A stretch of DNA of 64,000 bases. Source: Candidatus Marinacidobacterales bacterium (GTDB lineage: Bacteria; Acidobacteriota; Vicinamibacteria; Marinacidobacterales; SMYC01). Positions 29,975 through 42,226 of the stretch are shown here, one piece after another. Both the position numbers and the translations under genes were made by a program. Where the stretch lies: contig OZ250169.1 of the NCBI GenBank assembly GCA_965237955.1, forward strand, positions 7,296,001-7,360,000. Direction: 5' to 3'. Position 1 is the stretch's first letter, and every line of letters starts with the position of its first letter. The notes beneath the pieces were generated by a model. That model was given only the letters and a program-made list of their open reading frames with translations, was not told the DNA's origin and ran no database searches.

Positions 29975-31084
29975 CTAGTTACCAATCTGTAGATTCGAAT
30001 ACTTCGCTCCCACGACCGATTCGCCGCGCTCGCCGACGCCGAGCTCGATGAACAGCATGTTCGGGCGGTACGCGCGGTTGTAGTTCACGGTGATCATGAG
30101 CTGCCCGTCGAGAAAGACTCGCGCGGTGTGCCCGCCTCCCGACGGACCCCACTCGATACGCCACTGGTAGGTGCGGCTCGGATTCCAGTCTAAGAAGTTG
30201 TTGCCTTCGTCGTGCTGTTCACCGTTAGCAATCCAACGCAGTCTCAAATACGGGGGGTTATGGGGATTGGGGTGCAGTTTTTGGAGGTGCACCCGAAACG
30301 GGTTGGCGCGGTAGGAGCCTGCGGAGGGGTCCCACATCCCGAAGAGCATGAACTGATTCGGAGATGCATTGATCTCGCGCAGACCGCTGATGTCGAACTC
30401 TACCCAGCCACTTACCATCGGCGGGACTTCGTAGCGAATGAAGTTACCGGGCGCCGTCACCTGCCATCCACCGGAGGTGAACCGCCCGCCGGCGACCTCG
30501 CCGATGCTTCCGCCCATGAGAGGATCGGAGACGATGGTTCCAGCGGCAGGCGGGGGTGGCGGATTGGGCCCGGGCGGAGGGTTGTTCGGGGGAGGGCCTG
30601 AACCCCCGCCCGTCGCGATGCTGAACTCTGCCGTCGCCGAGAATTGGCTGTCGTTCGTGCCCGAGCGGCTTCGCACTCGCCAGAAATGTCGCCCTTGGGA
30701 GAGCGTGCGGTCGAGCGCCCACGACGTGCTCCCGTTTGGACCTTCGGGAACTTGTGTCGACTGCGCTTCCAGGGCGGCAAAGGCCGTGTCCGCGGATACC
30801 TGAAAGAGATAAGTGCGGCTTCCACTCTCGCGTTGCGCCGAGTTCAGAACCGTCAAGGTCGGCTGTCGGTCGGAAATCGTGCTCCCGGAGAGTGGATCCG
30901 AGATAATGGGCGCGGTGATGCCGGATCCGGATCCAGTGGCGACGACGCTGCCGTCGCCCGAGATCGCGTCGTTTCCGGTCGCGTCGGTCGGGAGCAGTGT
31001 TTCCTCCAGCTTGCACCCGCCGAGGAAAAAAAGGAGGGCCAGGAGCGCGATCATGAGGAAGCTCGGCTGTCGTTCCTGGCCCAT
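29975..31084 (-). CDS. Hypothetical lipoprotein (Ig/FN3-like domain, Pro-rich linker, beta-sandwich C-terminal domain)
   Basis: Lipobox FFLGGC, YLFQVS...HFWRVRS, and a PPPNNPPPGPNPPPPP linker. Confidence 0.75.
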   Translation of the reverse strand: MGQERQPSFLMIALLALLFFLGGCKLEETLLPTDATGNDAISGDGSVVATGSGSGITAPIISDPLSGSTISDRQPTLTVLNSAQRESGSRTYLFQVSADTAFAALEAQSTQVPEGPNGSTSWALDRTLSQGRHFWRVRSRSGTNDSQFSATAEFSIATGGGSGPPPNNPPPGPNPPPPPAAGTIVSDPLMGGSIGEVAGGRFTSGGWQVTAPGNFIRYEVPPMVSGWVEFDISGLREINASPNQFMLFGMWDPSAGSYRANPFRVHLQKLHPNPHNPPYLRLRWIANGEQHDEGNNFLDWNPSRTYQWRIEWGPSGGGHTARVFLDGQLMITVNYNRAYRPNMLFIELGVGERGESVVGAKYSNLQIGN

Positions 31085-31325
31085 CGAATGAACCCCGTCC
31101 TTGGGTGTGTGCATTAAGACTTACCGGAAAGGAGGACCGCGCATGAAGTCGCTCGCTCAAGAGGTGCGGCCCCCCATCCGTGCAAGAACTGTACAACGAA
31201 GATCTCTATTTTGCAATAGGTTTAATAGCATTTCATGAGATTTTACTTTAACTTATGTTCCGTATGCAGCTATGAACAAGAGATCTACGTAAATAATTGT
31301 TAAATAAACACTTGTGGAGGTCGAT

Positions 31326-32837
31326 GTGGCGGACGTCGTAGCGGCTCTCGATCAGGGGACGACGAGCACGAGGTGTCTCTTGATCGATTACGGCGGGGAG
31401 GTCGTGGCCTCGCACCAGCTCGAGCACGAGCAGATCTACCCGAAGCCCGGTTGGGTGGAGCACGATCCCGAAGAAGTGTGGCAGAGAACGGAGGAGGTCA
31501 TCGGGGGCGCTCTCCAAAAGGCTGGGATCGCGGGCGGTGGCATTGCCGCCCTCGGCATCACCAACCAGCGAGAGACGACCGTCGTCTGGGACAAGAAGAC
31601 GGGAAAACCGCTCCATCCCGCCATCGTGTGGCAGGACACGCGCACGGACACGATTTGCGCGGAGCTCGGGCGCGATTCCGGCCAGGACCGCTTCCGGGAC
31701 AAAACGGGTCTGCCGCTCGCGACTTATTTCTCCGGGCCCAAGATCCGCTGGCTCCTCGACGAAGTTGGCGGGCTGCGCCAGGCGGCCGAGCGGGGAGATG
31801 TGCTTTTTGGCAACATGGACACCTGGCTGATCTGGAACCTCACCGGCGGAGCATCGGGAGGCTCGCATGTCACCGACGTCACCAACGCGAGCCGTACCCA
31901 GCTCATGAGCTTGCGCGACCTGGATTGGGACCAGGACATCCTCGACGCGATGGATATCCCGCGAGCCATGCTGCCGAACATCCGACCATCGTCGGATCCC
32001 GAAACCTACGGAACGACGACGAACGACGGCCCGTTCGGCGCTGCCGTACCGGTGTGCGGTGATCTAGGCGACCAGCAGGCTGCGCTCTATGGCCAGACGT
32101 GCTTCGACCCGGGTGACGCGAAGAACACATACGGCACCGGGTGCTTCCTGCTGCTCAACACCGGCACCGACATCGTTCCCTCCCGCTCCGGTCTTCTCAC
32201 CACACTCGGGTATCGGATCGGCGCGGCGCCCGCCGTCTACGCGCTCGAAGGCTCGGTAGCCATCGCCGGAGCGCTCGTACAGTGGCTGCGCGACAACTTG
32301 GGTCTGATCGCGAACGCTTCCGAAGTGGAGTCCCTTGCCGAAGCGGCGGACGACAACGGCGGCATGTATCTCGTTCCCGCGTTTTCCGGGCTGTTCGCAC
32401 CGCATTGGCGCAGCGACGCTCGCGGGGTCATGGTCGGGTTGACGCGGTTCATCCGCAAGGAGCACATCGCTCGAGCGAGCCTCGAAGCGACCGCCTACCA
32501 AACGAAGGAAGTGTTGGACGCGATGCACCAAGACTCCGGTGTCGGGCTCACCTCGCTCAAAGTCGACGGCGGCATGGTGCTCAACGAGCTCCTCATGCAA
32601 TTCCAATCCGATATGCTCGGAGTGCCCGTCGTCCGCCCGCGCGTCAACGAGACGACCTCGCTCGGGGCGGCCTATGCGGCAGGACTTGCCGTGGGTTTTT
32701 GGTCGAGCGAGGACGAGCTGCGCAAGAACTGGACAGCCGACAAGGACTGGACTCCTCGGATGGAACCCGATGAGCGCGCGCGACTCTATGCCGGCTGGAA
32801 GAAGGCAGTGGAGCGCACGCTGAACTGGGTATCATGA
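31326..32837 (+). CDS. glpK: Glycerol kinase
   Basis: [40 protein letters not shown]. Confidence 0.97.
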   Translation: MADVVAALDQGTTSTRCLLIDYGGEVVASHQLEHEQIYPKPGWVEHDPEEVWQRTEEVIGGALQKAGIAGGGIAALGITNQRETTVVWDKKTGKPLHPAIVWQDTRTDTICAELGRDSGQDRFRDKTGLPLATYFSGPKIRWLLDEVGGLRQAAERGDVLFGNMDTWLIWNLTGGASGGSHVTDVTNASRTQLMSLRDLDWDQDILDAMDIPRAMLPNIRPSSDPETYGTTTNDGPFGAAVPVCGDLGDQQAALYGQTCFDPGDAKNTYGTGCFLLLNTGTDIVPSRSGLLTTLGYRIGAAPAVYALEGSVAIAGALVQWLRDNLGLIANASEVESLAEAADDNGGMYLVPAFSGLFAPHWRSDARGVMVGLTRFIRKEHIARASLEATAYQTKEVLDAMHQDSGVGLTSLKVDGGMVLNELLMQFQSDMLGVPVVRPRVNETTSLGAAYAAGLAVGFWSSEDELRKNWTADKDWTPRMEPDERARLYAGWKKAVERTLNWVS

Positions 32838-32884
32838 AGCGGCTGATGCAGGGATTCAGGAGTGCGGTGAGCTAAGCAAAATAC

Positions 32885-33007
32885 GGCCACTTCGAGACCG
32901 AGCTTGCGTACGTGGTTCTGGAGCTTGGCAGAGCGCTCTTGGACGGATTCGACCGCACCCCCGAACAAATTTTCACCCACACTGGAAACGAAGTCTAAGA
33001 AACCCAT
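32885..33007 (-). pseudogene. N-terminal fragment of a BON/LysM (Kbp/YgaU-like) protein
   Basis: MGFLDFVSSVGENLFGG...HVRKLGLEV, after which similarity is lost. Confidence 0.55.
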
Positions 33008-33084
33008 TTTCTTGCCTCCTTCTCGAATATGCGCACACTTCGCGCACGCCAGGATAACTAGGAGGGTCGTCGGCAGCGGAGTTG

Positions 33085-33642
33085 TCAAGGGTTCCGGGAG
33101 GGAAGGCTCGCGCGATCCAGCTGATTCAGTGTCGGGTGCGCTTGGTCGCGGGTTGACAGGATGGGGTTTTTGACCTCCGCAGGCCATTCGATCCCGATCG
33201 CGGGGTCGTTCCAGAGAAGACCACCTTCTTCCTCAGGTCGGTAAATGTCGGTGGTCTTGTACCAAACGTCGGCTTCGTCCGACAGCACGCAAAACCCGTG
33301 CGCAAAGCCAGGTGGAAGATACACTTGGCGCCGGTTGTGAGCGCTGAGCGTGGTCCCCAACCATCGACCGAAGTCGTCGGAATCGGGACGAATGTCAACG
33401 GCGACGTCGAAGATTTCGCCGCGGACGACGGTCACGAGCTTTCCCTGGCGACGCTGGTAGTGAAGCCCGCGCAGAACGTGTTTTTGCGAATGTGAAAGGT
33501 TGTCCTGCACGAACGGCCCGCTCACGCCGGCTTCGCGGTACGCGTCGTCGCGAAAGGTTTCCATGAAAAATCCGCGCGCGTCTTCGTGGCGTCTCGGCTC
33601 GAGAAGGATGACGTCTTTGATTGGCGTCTCGAGCACTTTCAC
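33085..33642 (-). CDS. rfbC: dTDP-4-dehydrorhamnose 3,5-epimerase
   Basis: DARGFFME, FVQDNLSHS, LRGLHYQ, GFAHGF, WNDPAIGIEWP. Confidence 0.95.
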   Translation of the reverse strand: MKVLETPIKDVILLEPRRHEDARGFFMETFRDDAYREAGVSGPFVQDNLSHSQKHVLRGLHYQRRQGKLVTVVRGEIFDVAVDIRPDSDDFGRWLGTTLSAHNRRQVYLPPGFAHGFCVLSDEADVWYKTTDIYRPEEEGGLLWNDPAIGIEWPAEVKNPILSTRDQAHPTLNQLDRASLPSRNP

Positions 33643-34523
33643 TACGACCCGTCCTGCTCGAGAATCGACAGGAGGTAGCGTCCGTACTCGCTCGCGGCAT
33701 GCGTTTGTCCGAGCTTGCGGAGATCCGCTTTGTCGATGAAGCCCATGCGGAACGCAACCTCTTCCGGACAACAAATCTTGAGCCCCTGCCGCTGTTCGAC
33801 GGCTTCGATAAACGTCGCTGCCTGCAACATCGACTCTTTGGTGCCGGTGTCGAGCCAGGCGTAGCCGCGTCCGAGCGTTTCCACGTAGAGCGCACCGAGC
33901 TCGAGGTAGCGCCGATTCAAGTCCGTGATCTCGAGCTCTCCTCGCGCGGACGGCCTCAAGCCGCGTGTGAGCTCGACGACACGACCGTCGTAGAAGTAGA
34001 GCCCGGTGACGGCGTAGTTGGATGCAGGTTTTCGTGGCTTCTCCTCGAGCGCAACCGCTCGACCGTCGTCATCGAAGGTGACCACGCCGTAGCGTTCCGG
34101 ATCGCGCACCCGGTACGCGAAGATCGTTGCGCCGGAATCGCGCCCGACGGCGGTGCTCAAGTGCCGCGTGAGCTCGTGCCCGTAGAACAGATTGTCGCCG
34201 AGAACGAGAGCGCACCCGTCACCGTCGATGAACTCCTCACCGATCAAGAATGCCTGCGCCAGGCCTTCGGGACGCGGCTGGACGGCGTAGCGAATGCGGA
34301 TGCCGAATTGGCTTCCATCCGCGAGCAGATTTTCGAAGAGCGGACGGTCTTGAGGTGTGGTGATGACGAGCACGTCCTGGATTCCCGCGAGCATCAACGT
34401 GCTCAACGGGAAATACACCATCGGCTTGTCGTACACGGGAAGGAGCTGCTTGCTTACGGCTGTCGTTATTGGATACAGACGAGTGCCTTCACCTCCCGCA
34501 AGGATGATGCCTTTTTTGATCAT
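33642..34523 (-). CDS. rfbA: Glucose-1-phosphate thymidylyltransferase
   Basis: [43 protein letters not shown]. Confidence 0.97.
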   Translation of the reverse strand: MIKKGIILAGGEGTRLYPITTAVSKQLLPVYDKPMVYFPLSTLMLAGIQDVLVITTPQDRPLFENLLADGSQFGIRIRYAVQPRPEGLAQAFLIGEEFIDGDGCALVLGDNLFYGHELTRHLSTAVGRDSGATIFAYRVRDPERYGVVTFDDDGRAVALEEKPRKPASNYAVTGLYFYDGRVVELTRGLRPSARGELEITDLNRRYLELGALYVETLGRGYAWLDTGTKESMLQAATFIEAVEQRQGLKICCPEEVAFRMGFIDKADLRKLGQTHAASEYGRYLLSILEQDGS

Positions 34524-34604
34524 CTCGTCAATTGTAACTAACGAAAAAGGGTGCATCGCAAAGGCGACGCACCCGGAGACTGGATGGCGATGTCGGTGAT
34601 GGGC

Positions 34605-35018
34605 CTACAGCTCGCTCGGCTCGCCGTAGGGCCCCTCGATGTGGATCTTCTTGAGTCCCTTGCGAACCATTTCGGTCTCGCCCGCTGGAAGCCCGTTCTG
34701 CTGGAACAGGAACGCCACGATATCGATGTACTCTTTTCGCTTGAGACGCCCGGGGTTGTCCTCCGGCATCGTCGAGCGGATGAACTCGACCAAATCATTC
34801 ACACTCATTCCGCTCCAGCCGTCCATATACCCGCCGTCGGCGAACTCCTCGGGCTGGTGGCACACCATGCACGCTTCGCTAAAGAGTTGTTGGCCGCGCT
34901 CTGCTTGCACCTGGGAGTAGACGCCGGACTGCACCGACGTCGCCCCGTCTTGGGCCGACAGGGACCATGCGATGGCGAGAAATCCGCTCAGAAACATGCA
35001 AATCATCGCTTTTTGCAT
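34605..35018 (-). CDS. Monoheme cytochrome c
   Basis: Signal peptide, CMVCH, TMPEDNPG. Confidence 0.88.
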   Translation of the reverse strand: MQKAMICMFLSGFLAIAWSLSAQDGATSVQSGVYSQVQAERGQQLFSEACMVCHQPEEFADGGYMDGWSGMSVNDLVEFIRSTMPEDNPGRLKRKEYIDIVAFLFQQNGLPAGETEMVRKGLKKIHIEGPYGEPSEL

Positions 35019-35065
35019 TTCTGTACTCCGCTCCGCCGGGAAGGATACCACAAGGACGCGGGTCG

Positions 35066-35485
35066 TCACTCGTCGCCGAGGTCGAGCTCGGTGAGCTCGG
35101 TGATTTCGGTCGCATCTTCCTCGATGTGGGACACCACCCAGCGCCTATCCACCCGCCTCATCAAGACGTATTGGCGTGTGACCGCCACGCGCCGGTTACC
35201 AAAAGGTTTCATCTCGCTCACTTTTTGAAATTGAATCGCCTCGCGCACGGTGAGGCGCACCTCGTCATCGCCTATTGGCTCGGCTGTCTCGAGATGGTAG
35301 CTCACGTCGACGATGTGTCCCTCGATATCGCGAAAGGACCGCGTCTTGCCTCGATCGAGCGCGAGGGCTGTGGCTTCGTCCCGATAGCTCCGGTAGGCCT
35401 CGGCCATGGGCCCGAAGTAGCCGACGACGTCGCGGAGCGCGGTCACGACGACAACGAACGCGAGAAACAGCAACAGCTTCTTCAA
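35066..35485 (-). CDS. Hypothetical membrane-anchored protein
   Basis: N-terminal TM segment (KKLLLFLAFVVVV). The ORF-track extension overlaps the opposite-strand gene and was trimmed. Confidence 0.65.
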   Translation of the reverse strand: MKKLLLFLAFVVVVTALRDVVGYFGPMAEAYRSYRDEATALALDRGKTRSFRDIEGHIVDVSYHLETAEPIGDDEVRLTVREAIQFQKVSEMKPFGNRRVAVTRQYVLMRRVDRRWVVSHIEEDATEITELTELDLGDE

Positions 35486-35563
35486 CAGAAGTCCCCGAAC
35501 CCATTGTACGGTAAGGGTTATACTTCGAAAAGCCGCTGTGTGTGCTAGGCTCGACACTTCGTC

Positions 35564-36271
35564 ATGACACGCGTGACTCTGTTGCTGTGCGGTGCCCTGA
35601 GCGTGGTTGGGTGCAACCGGCCGGAGGACACGCAGGAATTGCCGCCCGAGCTTGGCGTGGGCAAACCCGCCGAGAGCAACCCGCTTCGTCAAGGGTTCAC
35701 GCAGAATCCCGACCCCGACACCCCGGGGCTTCCACCGCCCATCCCGCCGTTTCTGAGCGATGCGGAACGCGAGGCGGCGCTCACGATGGCTGTTGCGCTC
35801 AGCGAAGCCGATGCCAGCGAGGCACAGCGCGAGCTCAAAGCACTCGTCGAAGCGTTCGAGCGGGCAACGAGCTCCGAGCTCGTCTACCAACTCCGCGAAA
35901 CTGCGCTCGGGCTAGCCAAGCGCGGTCGCATCTTGCACGTGGGTACCGACACCCTCTATGCCGACTACCTGTTTCCGAACCCCGAGGCCGACGCAGATGC
36001 GAAGTACAAAGGCAAGCTCGTCGTGTTCACGGGTAGGATTGCGCCTTCGAACATGAAGGACTTCGCCGATGGGTTCAAGCTGATCGAACAAAACCCCTAC
36101 GTGCATGATCCGCTGTTGCTCGCGACGGACTACGAGCTGTCGTTCGTCGAGTGTCGCCTAGCGCAGCCGAGGTTTCAATTGCTGCGCGATTGGCAACCGA
36201 TCCACTTCCTTGCCGAAGTCGAAGGGAAGAACGTGAGCGACGTGATGCTCGGCCGCTGTATCGTTCTCTGA
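35564..36271 (+). CDS. Lipoprotein with an OB-fold (tRNA_anti-like) domain
   Basis: Lipobox VVGC and LYADY...NPEADADAKYKGKLVVFTG. Confidence 0.7.
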   Translation: MTRVTLLLCGALSVVGCNRPEDTQELPPELGVGKPAESNPLRQGFTQNPDPDTPGLPPPIPPFLSDAEREAALTMAVALSEADASEAQRELKALVEAFERATSSELVYQLRETALGLAKRGRILHVGTDTLYADYLFPNPEADADAKYKGKLVVFTGRIAPSNMKDFADGFKLIEQNPYVHDPLLLATDYELSFVECRLAQPRFQLLRDWQPIHFLAEVEGKNVSDVMLGRCIVL

Positions 36272-36280
36272 GCCACCTGA

Positions 36281-37501
36281 GTGATGCCCGGCGAGATCGC
36301 TCTTTGTCTGTCCGGCGGCGGTTTCCGCTCGGCGCTTTTTCACCTTGGCGCGCTGCGCCGACTCCACGAGTTACGTTTGCTCCACGAGGTGTCCCTCGTC
36401 AGTAGCGTGTCGGGCGGAAGTATCTTGTCCGGTTTCTTCGCCGACGTTCTCGTGCGCTCGGGCGCGCCGGATTCGCGCGAGGCGTTTAACCAGTGGCTCG
36501 ACGATGTCGATTGGGAGGCAACCGTTGCAGCCCCTTTTCGCGCGATCACGGCGCGCGATTTCAGGACGCTGCCGGTTCTCAAGCACGCGCTCTGGAACTG
36601 GCTGGTTCCGGGGCCGCGCGTAGCGGATTTGGAACGTCGATACCGGCGGCGGATTTCGGACCAGAAGCTCGGTGCGCTCCCCGAACATCCTCGGTTCGTG
36701 TTCTGCGCGACTGACCTCACCTTCGGTGTGAACTGGGAGTTCGACCGCGACCGTGCGGGTGACTATCAGGCCGGTTATCTCGACGAAGCTCGCGAGTGGC
36801 CTCTTGCGCGCGCGATGGCGGCGTCGTCATGCTTTCCGCCGATCTTCGGTCCCGTGTCCGTCGGCACCGTCTCCGGCTACAAGAAGGGTAACTATCGCGG
36901 GGCCGACCGCGAAAGGCTGAAAAAGAAGATCCTGCTCACCGATGGTGGCGTCTATGACAACCTCGGGCTCGAGCCGGCGTGGAAGGACTATTCCTCGGTG
37001 CTCGTTTCCGACTGCGGCGCACCGTTCGAGTTTTCGGCCCGGAAGATGCCGCTGAGAATTCTCTTACGCTACACGTCCGTCGTCATGAATCAAGCGGCGT
37101 CGTTGCGCAAGCGCATGTTCTTCGAGAGACGTCGTAGCGGGGACTACACGGGGACGTATTGGAGCCTCGCGAGCGCCGCCCCCGATACGGATGACACGGA
37201 CGGCGGAGCCGCAGGCTATTCCCCGGAGCTCGTCCGCGAGTGCATCGCCGAGATCCGAACCGATCTCGACGCGTTCACCGAAGCAGAACAAAAGGTGCTC
37301 GAGAACCACGGCTACTTCGCCGCGAACCGTTCGGTAACGCACTACCTCGAAGGGAGAGACGTTCCTGCTGTTGCTCTCGATCCTCCGCACTCGGAATGGA
37401 CCGATGAGGCGAAAGTGCGATCCGCGCTCGCAACGAGCCACCGGAGAATCTCGCTATCCCGCTGGTTGCAAGTGATGAAAGAGCGTTGCGCCCGACGCTA
37501 G
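36281..37501 (+). CDS. Patatin-like phospholipase
   Basis: LSGGGFRS, SVSGG, DGGVYDNLG. Confidence 0.9.
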   Translation: MMPGEIALCLSGGGFRSALFHLGALRRLHELRLLHEVSLVSSVSGGSILSGFFADVLVRSGAPDSREAFNQWLDDVDWEATVAAPFRAITARDFRTLPVLKHALWNWLVPGPRVADLERRYRRRISDQKLGALPEHPRFVFCATDLTFGVNWEFDRDRAGDYQAGYLDEAREWPLARAMAASSCFPPIFGPVSVGTVSGYKKGNYRGADRERLKKKILLTDGGVYDNLGLEPAWKDYSSVLVSDCGAPFEFSARKMPLRILLRYTSVVMNQAASLRKRMFFERRRSGDYTGTYWSLASAAPDTDDTDGGAAGYSPELVRECIAEIRTDLDAFTEAEQKVLENHGYFAANRSVTHYLEGRDVPAVALDPPHSEWTDEAKVRSALATSHRRISLSRWLQVMKERCARR

Positions 37502-37778
37502 CGTTCGCTTTTCTGTACGACTAAAGCGGTGGGACGGCGGATGGACCGCTTCTTGCAAAGCGTCGTTCCTCGACCTAATCCGTTCAGTGAGAGGGGCGTC
37601 GTCGTGAGCGACCGCCGGTCCTCGTTTGCACGGGCATGGTTCTTGCAGGTTCGAAGGCAACCCCGAACGGCCTGGAGGAGTCGCGATGATCAAGGCACAA
37701 GGCACGACTCGCCTTTCCGCTACTAGCTCTCACTCCCGTGAACGCCGCTAGAGACAACTCGACAGAAGGAGGCTCGCA

Positions 37779-38216
37779 GTGCTGACACGAAAAGCAAGAA
37801 AAGCAAACGTCCTCTTGGTCTGCGCCGGGCTCGTGCTGTGTGCGCGGTGGGGAAGTGCTGCGGAAGTTCGAGGGAAGGCGGGTGCAGGAACGGGACTGGC
37901 GTACGGATCGCCGTTTCCAGGCGTGGGCGTGGAGCTCGAGCTCGGCGAGCACGTGTCGGTGATGGGTGGAGCGGGCGTGCTCACCGCTGAGATGACCTGG
38001 TCTTACGGCATTCGCGTGTACTTCCAAGAGCGAGCCCGAAGATTTAGGCCCCACGTAAGTATGCTCCGATGGACGGAAGGCAACGGCGTCTACGTTGGCG
38101 TCGACCACGACGTCGGCAAGCCCAGTGGTTTCAACCTGACGTACGGCGTTGGTTATGGTGACGTGAACTTGGAAGGACGAGTCGGTCTCATGTTCGGCCT
38201 AGGCTACCGGTTCTAG
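37779..38216 (+). CDS. Small outer-membrane beta-barrel-like hypothetical protein
   Basis: Signal peptide, alternating Gly/aromatic strands and C-terminal GYRF. Confidence 0.65.
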   Translation: MLTRKARKANVLLVCAGLVLCARWGSAAEVRGKAGAGTGLAYGSPFPGVGVELELGEHVSVMGGAGVLTAEMTWSYGIRVYFQERARRFRPHVSMLRWTEGNGVYVGVDHDVGKPSGFNLTYGVGYGDVNLEGRVGLMFGLGYRF

Positions 38217-38357
38217 CTAGCACGAGATTCCGTAAATGGAGCCATGGAAGCAAAAAAAGCAAAGACGTGAAGACGCAAAGAACTCGAGTCGAGTGAAGTG
38301 AACCCGAACCATTCGCGTCTCTGCGCCCTTCTCGTCTTTGCGTTTGTTTTTCGGGAG

Positions 38358-41300
38358 CTAGTAGCCCAGGTACGGTCGCAGCCAGCGTTCGATTTCAGCA
38401 ACGGGAGCTCCCTTACGGGCGGCGTAGTCTTCAACCTGGTCGCGGCCGATTTTGCCGACGCTGAAGTACTTCGCCTCGGGATGATTGAAATACAGCCCGC
38501 TCACCGAGGCGGCAGGGAGCATCGCGAAGTTTTCGGTCAAGCTCACACCGATGCGCTTCTCGGCGTCGAGTAGCGCGAAAAGGGTTTCCTTCTCGCTGTG
38601 ATCGGGTGACGCCGGGTAGCCCGGTGCCGGTCGAATGCCTCGGTAGCGCTCGCGGATCAAATCCTGTTTGGTGAGCTGTTCCTGGTTGCCGAAGCCTGCG
38701 TCTCGGCGCGCCTGCTCGTGGATTTTTTCCGCGAGTGCTTCGGCGAGCCGGTCGGCCAGCGCTTTGACCATGATCGCGTTGTAGTCGTCGTGGTCGTTCT
38801 CGTATTGCTTCGCGAGCTCGTCGGCGCCAAGCCCTGCGGTGACGACGAACGCTCCGATGTAGTCGGCGTTTCCTGCGGGCGCGAGAAAGTCGGCCAGAGC
38901 GAGGTAAGAGTGCCCAACCCGTTTTTCTTGCTGTTGGCGCAGCGTGTGGAGACGGGCTTTTACGGCGGCGCGACTCTCGTCTCTATAAATAATGATGTCG
39001 TCCCCGTCACGGTTCGCGGGGAAGAAGCCGTAGACGGCGCGGGCGGTGAGCTTCTTGCCGTCCACGAGCTCAAGCAGGAGGCACTGGGCATTGTCGAACA
39101 GCTCACGGGCCGCGGGACCGACGTCGGGTTTATCGAGCAAGTCGGGATAGAGGCCCCGAAACTCCCACACGTGAAAAAACGGGGTCCAGTCGATGTAGTC
39201 GGCGATGTCGGCGAGCGGTACCGGATCGAGCACGCGGACTCCGCTGAATTCCGGCTTCGCGATATCGTCCGAGCTCCATTCGATCGAAAGCGCCTTCTCC
39301 TTGGCAGCATCGTAGGGGGTGAGCTTTTTCCCCCCCTGTTCGAAGTCTCGTCGAAGAGCTTCCTGCTCGTCACGGTTCTCGGCGACGAAATCGACTCGAG
39401 CGTCCACGTTCAAGAGGTTGCTGACAGTGGTGACCGCGCGCGAGGCGTCGAGCACATGAACGGTGTCGTGTCCGTAGCAGGGAGCGATCTTCACCGCCGT
39501 GTGCTTGCGCGACGTCGTCGCTCCACCGATGAGCAGCGGCACGTTCATTTCCTGACGCTCCATCTCGGAGGCGACATGCACCATTTCGTCGAGCGACGGC
39601 GTGATGAGGCCGGATAGCCCGATGAAGTCCGCGTTCTCGTTCTTGGCAGCGTCCAGGATCTTGTCCGCCGGAACCATGACGCCCAGATCGTGAATCTCGT
39701 ATCCGTTGCACGCGAGGACGACACCGACGATGTTCTTACCTATGTCGTGGACGTCTCCTTTGACCGTCGCCAGGACGAGCTTCGCCTTCGCTTTGACGTC
39801 CCCCGACGCTTTCTTCTCCTCTTCCATGAACGGCTCGAGGTAGGCGACTGCTTTTTTCATCACCCGAGCGCTCTTCACCACTTGTGGAAGAAACATCTTG
39901 CCCGCACCGAACAGATCGCCCACCACGTTCATACCGTCCATCAACGGGCCTTCGATGACGGCAAGGGACCGGCCGTAGTTCTGTCGGGCTTCCTCGGCGT
40001 CGTCCACGATATAGTCGACGATGCCGCGGACGAGCGCATGGGACAAGCGCTCTTCGACCGAGCCCTCGCGCCACGACTCGTCTTTCTCGCGCTTTTTCCC
40101 GGGACCTTTTTGATCTTCGGCCAACGCGATGAGGGCTTCGGTCGCTTGTGCGTTTTTGTTGAACAAAACGTCTTCGATCCGCTCGCGGAGAGTCCGCTCG
40201 ATGTCGTCGTAGACCGCGAGCTGCCCGGCATTGATGATCCCCATGTCGAGACCCGCGTGGATGGCGTGGTAGAGAAACGAAGAGTTCATCGCTTCGCGGA
40301 CAAAGTCGTTTCCCCGGAACGAGAACGACAGGTTGCTGATACCGCCGGAGACTTTGGCGCCGGGGAACGCTTCCTTGATGCGACGTGTCGCTTCGAGGAA
40401 CGAAAGCGCGTAATCGTTGTGCTCGTCCATCCCAGTTGCAACGGTGAGAACGTTCGGGTCGAAGACGATGTCCTGTGGCGCGAAGCCGATTTCTTCCGTC
40501 AGAATCCGATACGCGCGCCCGCAAATCGCGACCTTACGATCGGTTGACGTTGCCTGGCCTTTCTCATCGAACGCCATGGCGATGACGGCGGCGCCGTAGC
40601 GCAGGATGAGACGGGCCTGGCTCTTGAACACCTCCTCACCTTCCTTGAGGCTGATGGAGTTCACGATGCTCTTTCCCTGAAGGCACTTCAAGCCCGCCTC
40701 GATGACGGAGAACTTGGAGCTGTCCACCATGATCGGAAGCCGCGCGATGTCGGGCTCCGCGGTGATGAGGTGGAGAAAAGTCGTCATCTCTTTCGCGGAA
40801 TCGAGAAGACCTTCATCCATGTTCACGTCGAGAATGTTGGCGCCCCCATCCACTTGATGCCGGGCGACGTCGAGTGCTTCTTCGAGAGCGCCCGTCTTTA
40901 CCAGGCGCGCGAACTTGCGGGAGCCGGTGACGTTGGTCCGCTCACCGATGACGATGAAGTTCGACTCAGGTCGAATCGTCAACGCCTCGAGCCCGGAAAG
41001 CTGCGTGAACGTCGACGTCGGCGATGGAACGTGCGGAGCGTATCGGGCGACACTTTCGGCAATGGCGCGGATGTGATCGGGCGTCGTGCCGCAGCAGCCA
41101 CCGGCGAAGTTCAGCCAGCCCTCGCCGGCGAAATCAGTGAGGGTCTCGGCCATTTGCTCCGGCGTTTCATCGTAGCCCCCGAAGGCGTTCGGCAGTCCTG
41201 CGTTCGGCACGCAGCTCACGAGCACGTCGGAAACGGACGCGAGCTCTTCGACATAGGGGCGCATCATCGACGGACCGAGCGCACAGTTGATCCCGACCGC

Positions 41301-42035
41301 GAGAAGCGGAGCCTGCGACACCGAGATCCAATATGCTTCGGGGGTTTGTCCGGAGAGATTGCGGCCGCTCTCGTCCACGATGGTGACCGAGGATATGACC
41401 GGCAGAATGATGCCGCGTTCTTCGAAGAGAACTTGAATGGCGAACAGCGCCGCCTTCATGTTGAGGGTGTCGAAAGCGGTTTCAGGTAACAACAGATCTA
41501 CGCCGCCGTCTATTAGACCACGCGCTTGCTGGTAGTACGCGTCACGGAGCTCGTCGAAGCTGACGCCGCGGAACGCCGGGTTGGTCACATCGGGTGAGAT
41601 CGAGCCGGTCTTGTTGGTCGGTCCCATGGAGCCGGCAACGAAGCGGGGCCGCTCGGAGGTTTTCGCGGTGAACGCGTCGGCAGCGCGCCTCGCGATCACG
41701 GCTGCCTGGCGGTTGATCTCGTAGACGTGCGGCTCTAGTCCGTAGTCGGCCATCGCGATCGACGTGCCGTTGAACGTGTTGGTCTCGATGATGTCGGCGC
41801 CGGCTTCGAGATAGTGACGGTGGATCTCTTCGATGATGTCAGGCCGAGTGAGCGAAAGAAGATCGTTCGCCCCTTTGAGCGGCATCGAGTGATCGCGGAA
41901 CACCTCGCCGTCGCCGCGAAAGCCGTCTTCGTCCAAGCCGTAGCTTTGGATCATCGTGCCCATCGCCCCGTCGATGACGAGGATGCGCTCAGACGCGAGT
42001 CCGCGCAGGCGTTCGATGAGTGGCGAGTCTTTCAT
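38358..42035 (-). CDS. metH: Cobalamin-dependent methionine synthase
   Basis: [41 protein letters not shown]. Confidence 0.98.
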   Translation of the reverse strand: MKDSPLIERLRGLASERILVIDGAMGTMIQSYGLDEDGFRGDGEVFRDHSMPLKGANDLLSLTRPDIIEEIHRHYLEAGADIIETNTFNGTSIAMADYGLEPHVYEINRQAAVIARRAADAFTAKTSERPRFVAGSMGPTNKTGSISPDVTNPAFRGVSFDELRDAYYQQARGLIDGGVDLLLPETAFDTLNMKAALFAIQVLFEERGIILPVISSVTIVDESGRNLSGQTPEAYWISVSQAPLLAVGINCALGPSMMRPYVEELASVSDVLVSCVPNAGLPNAFGGYDETPEQMAETLTDFAGEGWLNFAGGCCGTTPDHIRAIAESVARYAPHVPSPTSTFTQLSGLEALTIRPESNFIVIGERTNVTGSRKFARLVKTGALEEALDVARHQVDGGANILDVNMDEGLLDSAKEMTTFLHLITAEPDIARLPIMVDSSKFSVIEAGLKCLQGKSIVNSISLKEGEEVFKSQARLILRYGAAVIAMAFDEKGQATSTDRKVAICGRAYRILTEEIGFAPQDIVFDPNVLTVATGMDEHNDYALSFLEATRRIKEAFPGAKVSGGISNLSFSFRGNDFVREAMNSSFLYHAIHAGLDMGIINAGQLAVYDDIERTLRERIEDVLFNKNAQATEALIALAEDQKGPGKKREKDESWREGSVEERLSHALVRGIVDYIVDDAEEARQNYGRSLAVIEGPLMDGMNVVGDLFGAGKMFLPQVVKSARVMKKAVAYLEPFMEEEKKASGDVKAKAKLVLATVKGDVHDIGKNIVGVVLACNGYEIHDLGVMVPADKILDAAKNENADFIGLSGLITPSLDEMVHVASEMERQEMNVPLLIGGATTSRKHTAVKIAPCYGHDTVHVLDASRAVTTVSNLLNVDARVDFVAENRDEQEALRRDFEQGGKKLTPYDAAKEKALSIEWSSDDIAKPEFSGVRVLDPVPLADIADYIDWTPFFHVWEFRGLYPDLLDKPDVGPAARELFDNAQCLLLELVDGKKLTARAVYGFFPANRDGDDIIIYRDESRAAVKARLHTLRQQQEKRVGHSYLALADFLAPAGNADYIGAFVVTAGLGADELAKQYENDHDDYNAIMVKALADRLAEALAEKIHEQARRDAGFGNQEQLTKQDLIRERYRGIRPAPGYPASPDHSEKETLFALLDAEKRIGVSLTENFAMLPAASVSGLYFNHPEAKYFSVGKIGRDQVEDYAARKGAPVAEIERWLRPYLGY

Positions 42036-42226
42036 AGCTATCGTGATAGCAACTTCCCCATACTCGCGCAAGCTCTATACACGCAACGGTTTCGTAGAGA
42101 GGCCCGGCGGCGCGCATCTGCGTGCGAACGGGCACACGTTTTTTCACCACAGAGACAGGAGCGCAGCGAAGCCGCAACATTCTTAGTTGCGGCCGCTGGG
42201 CGCGCTAGGCTAATGTCTCGACCGCT

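Noticed and set aside
36281-37501. CBASS or other defence-associated patatin effector
   Set aside because: No nucleotidyltransferase or other defence genes are adjacent.
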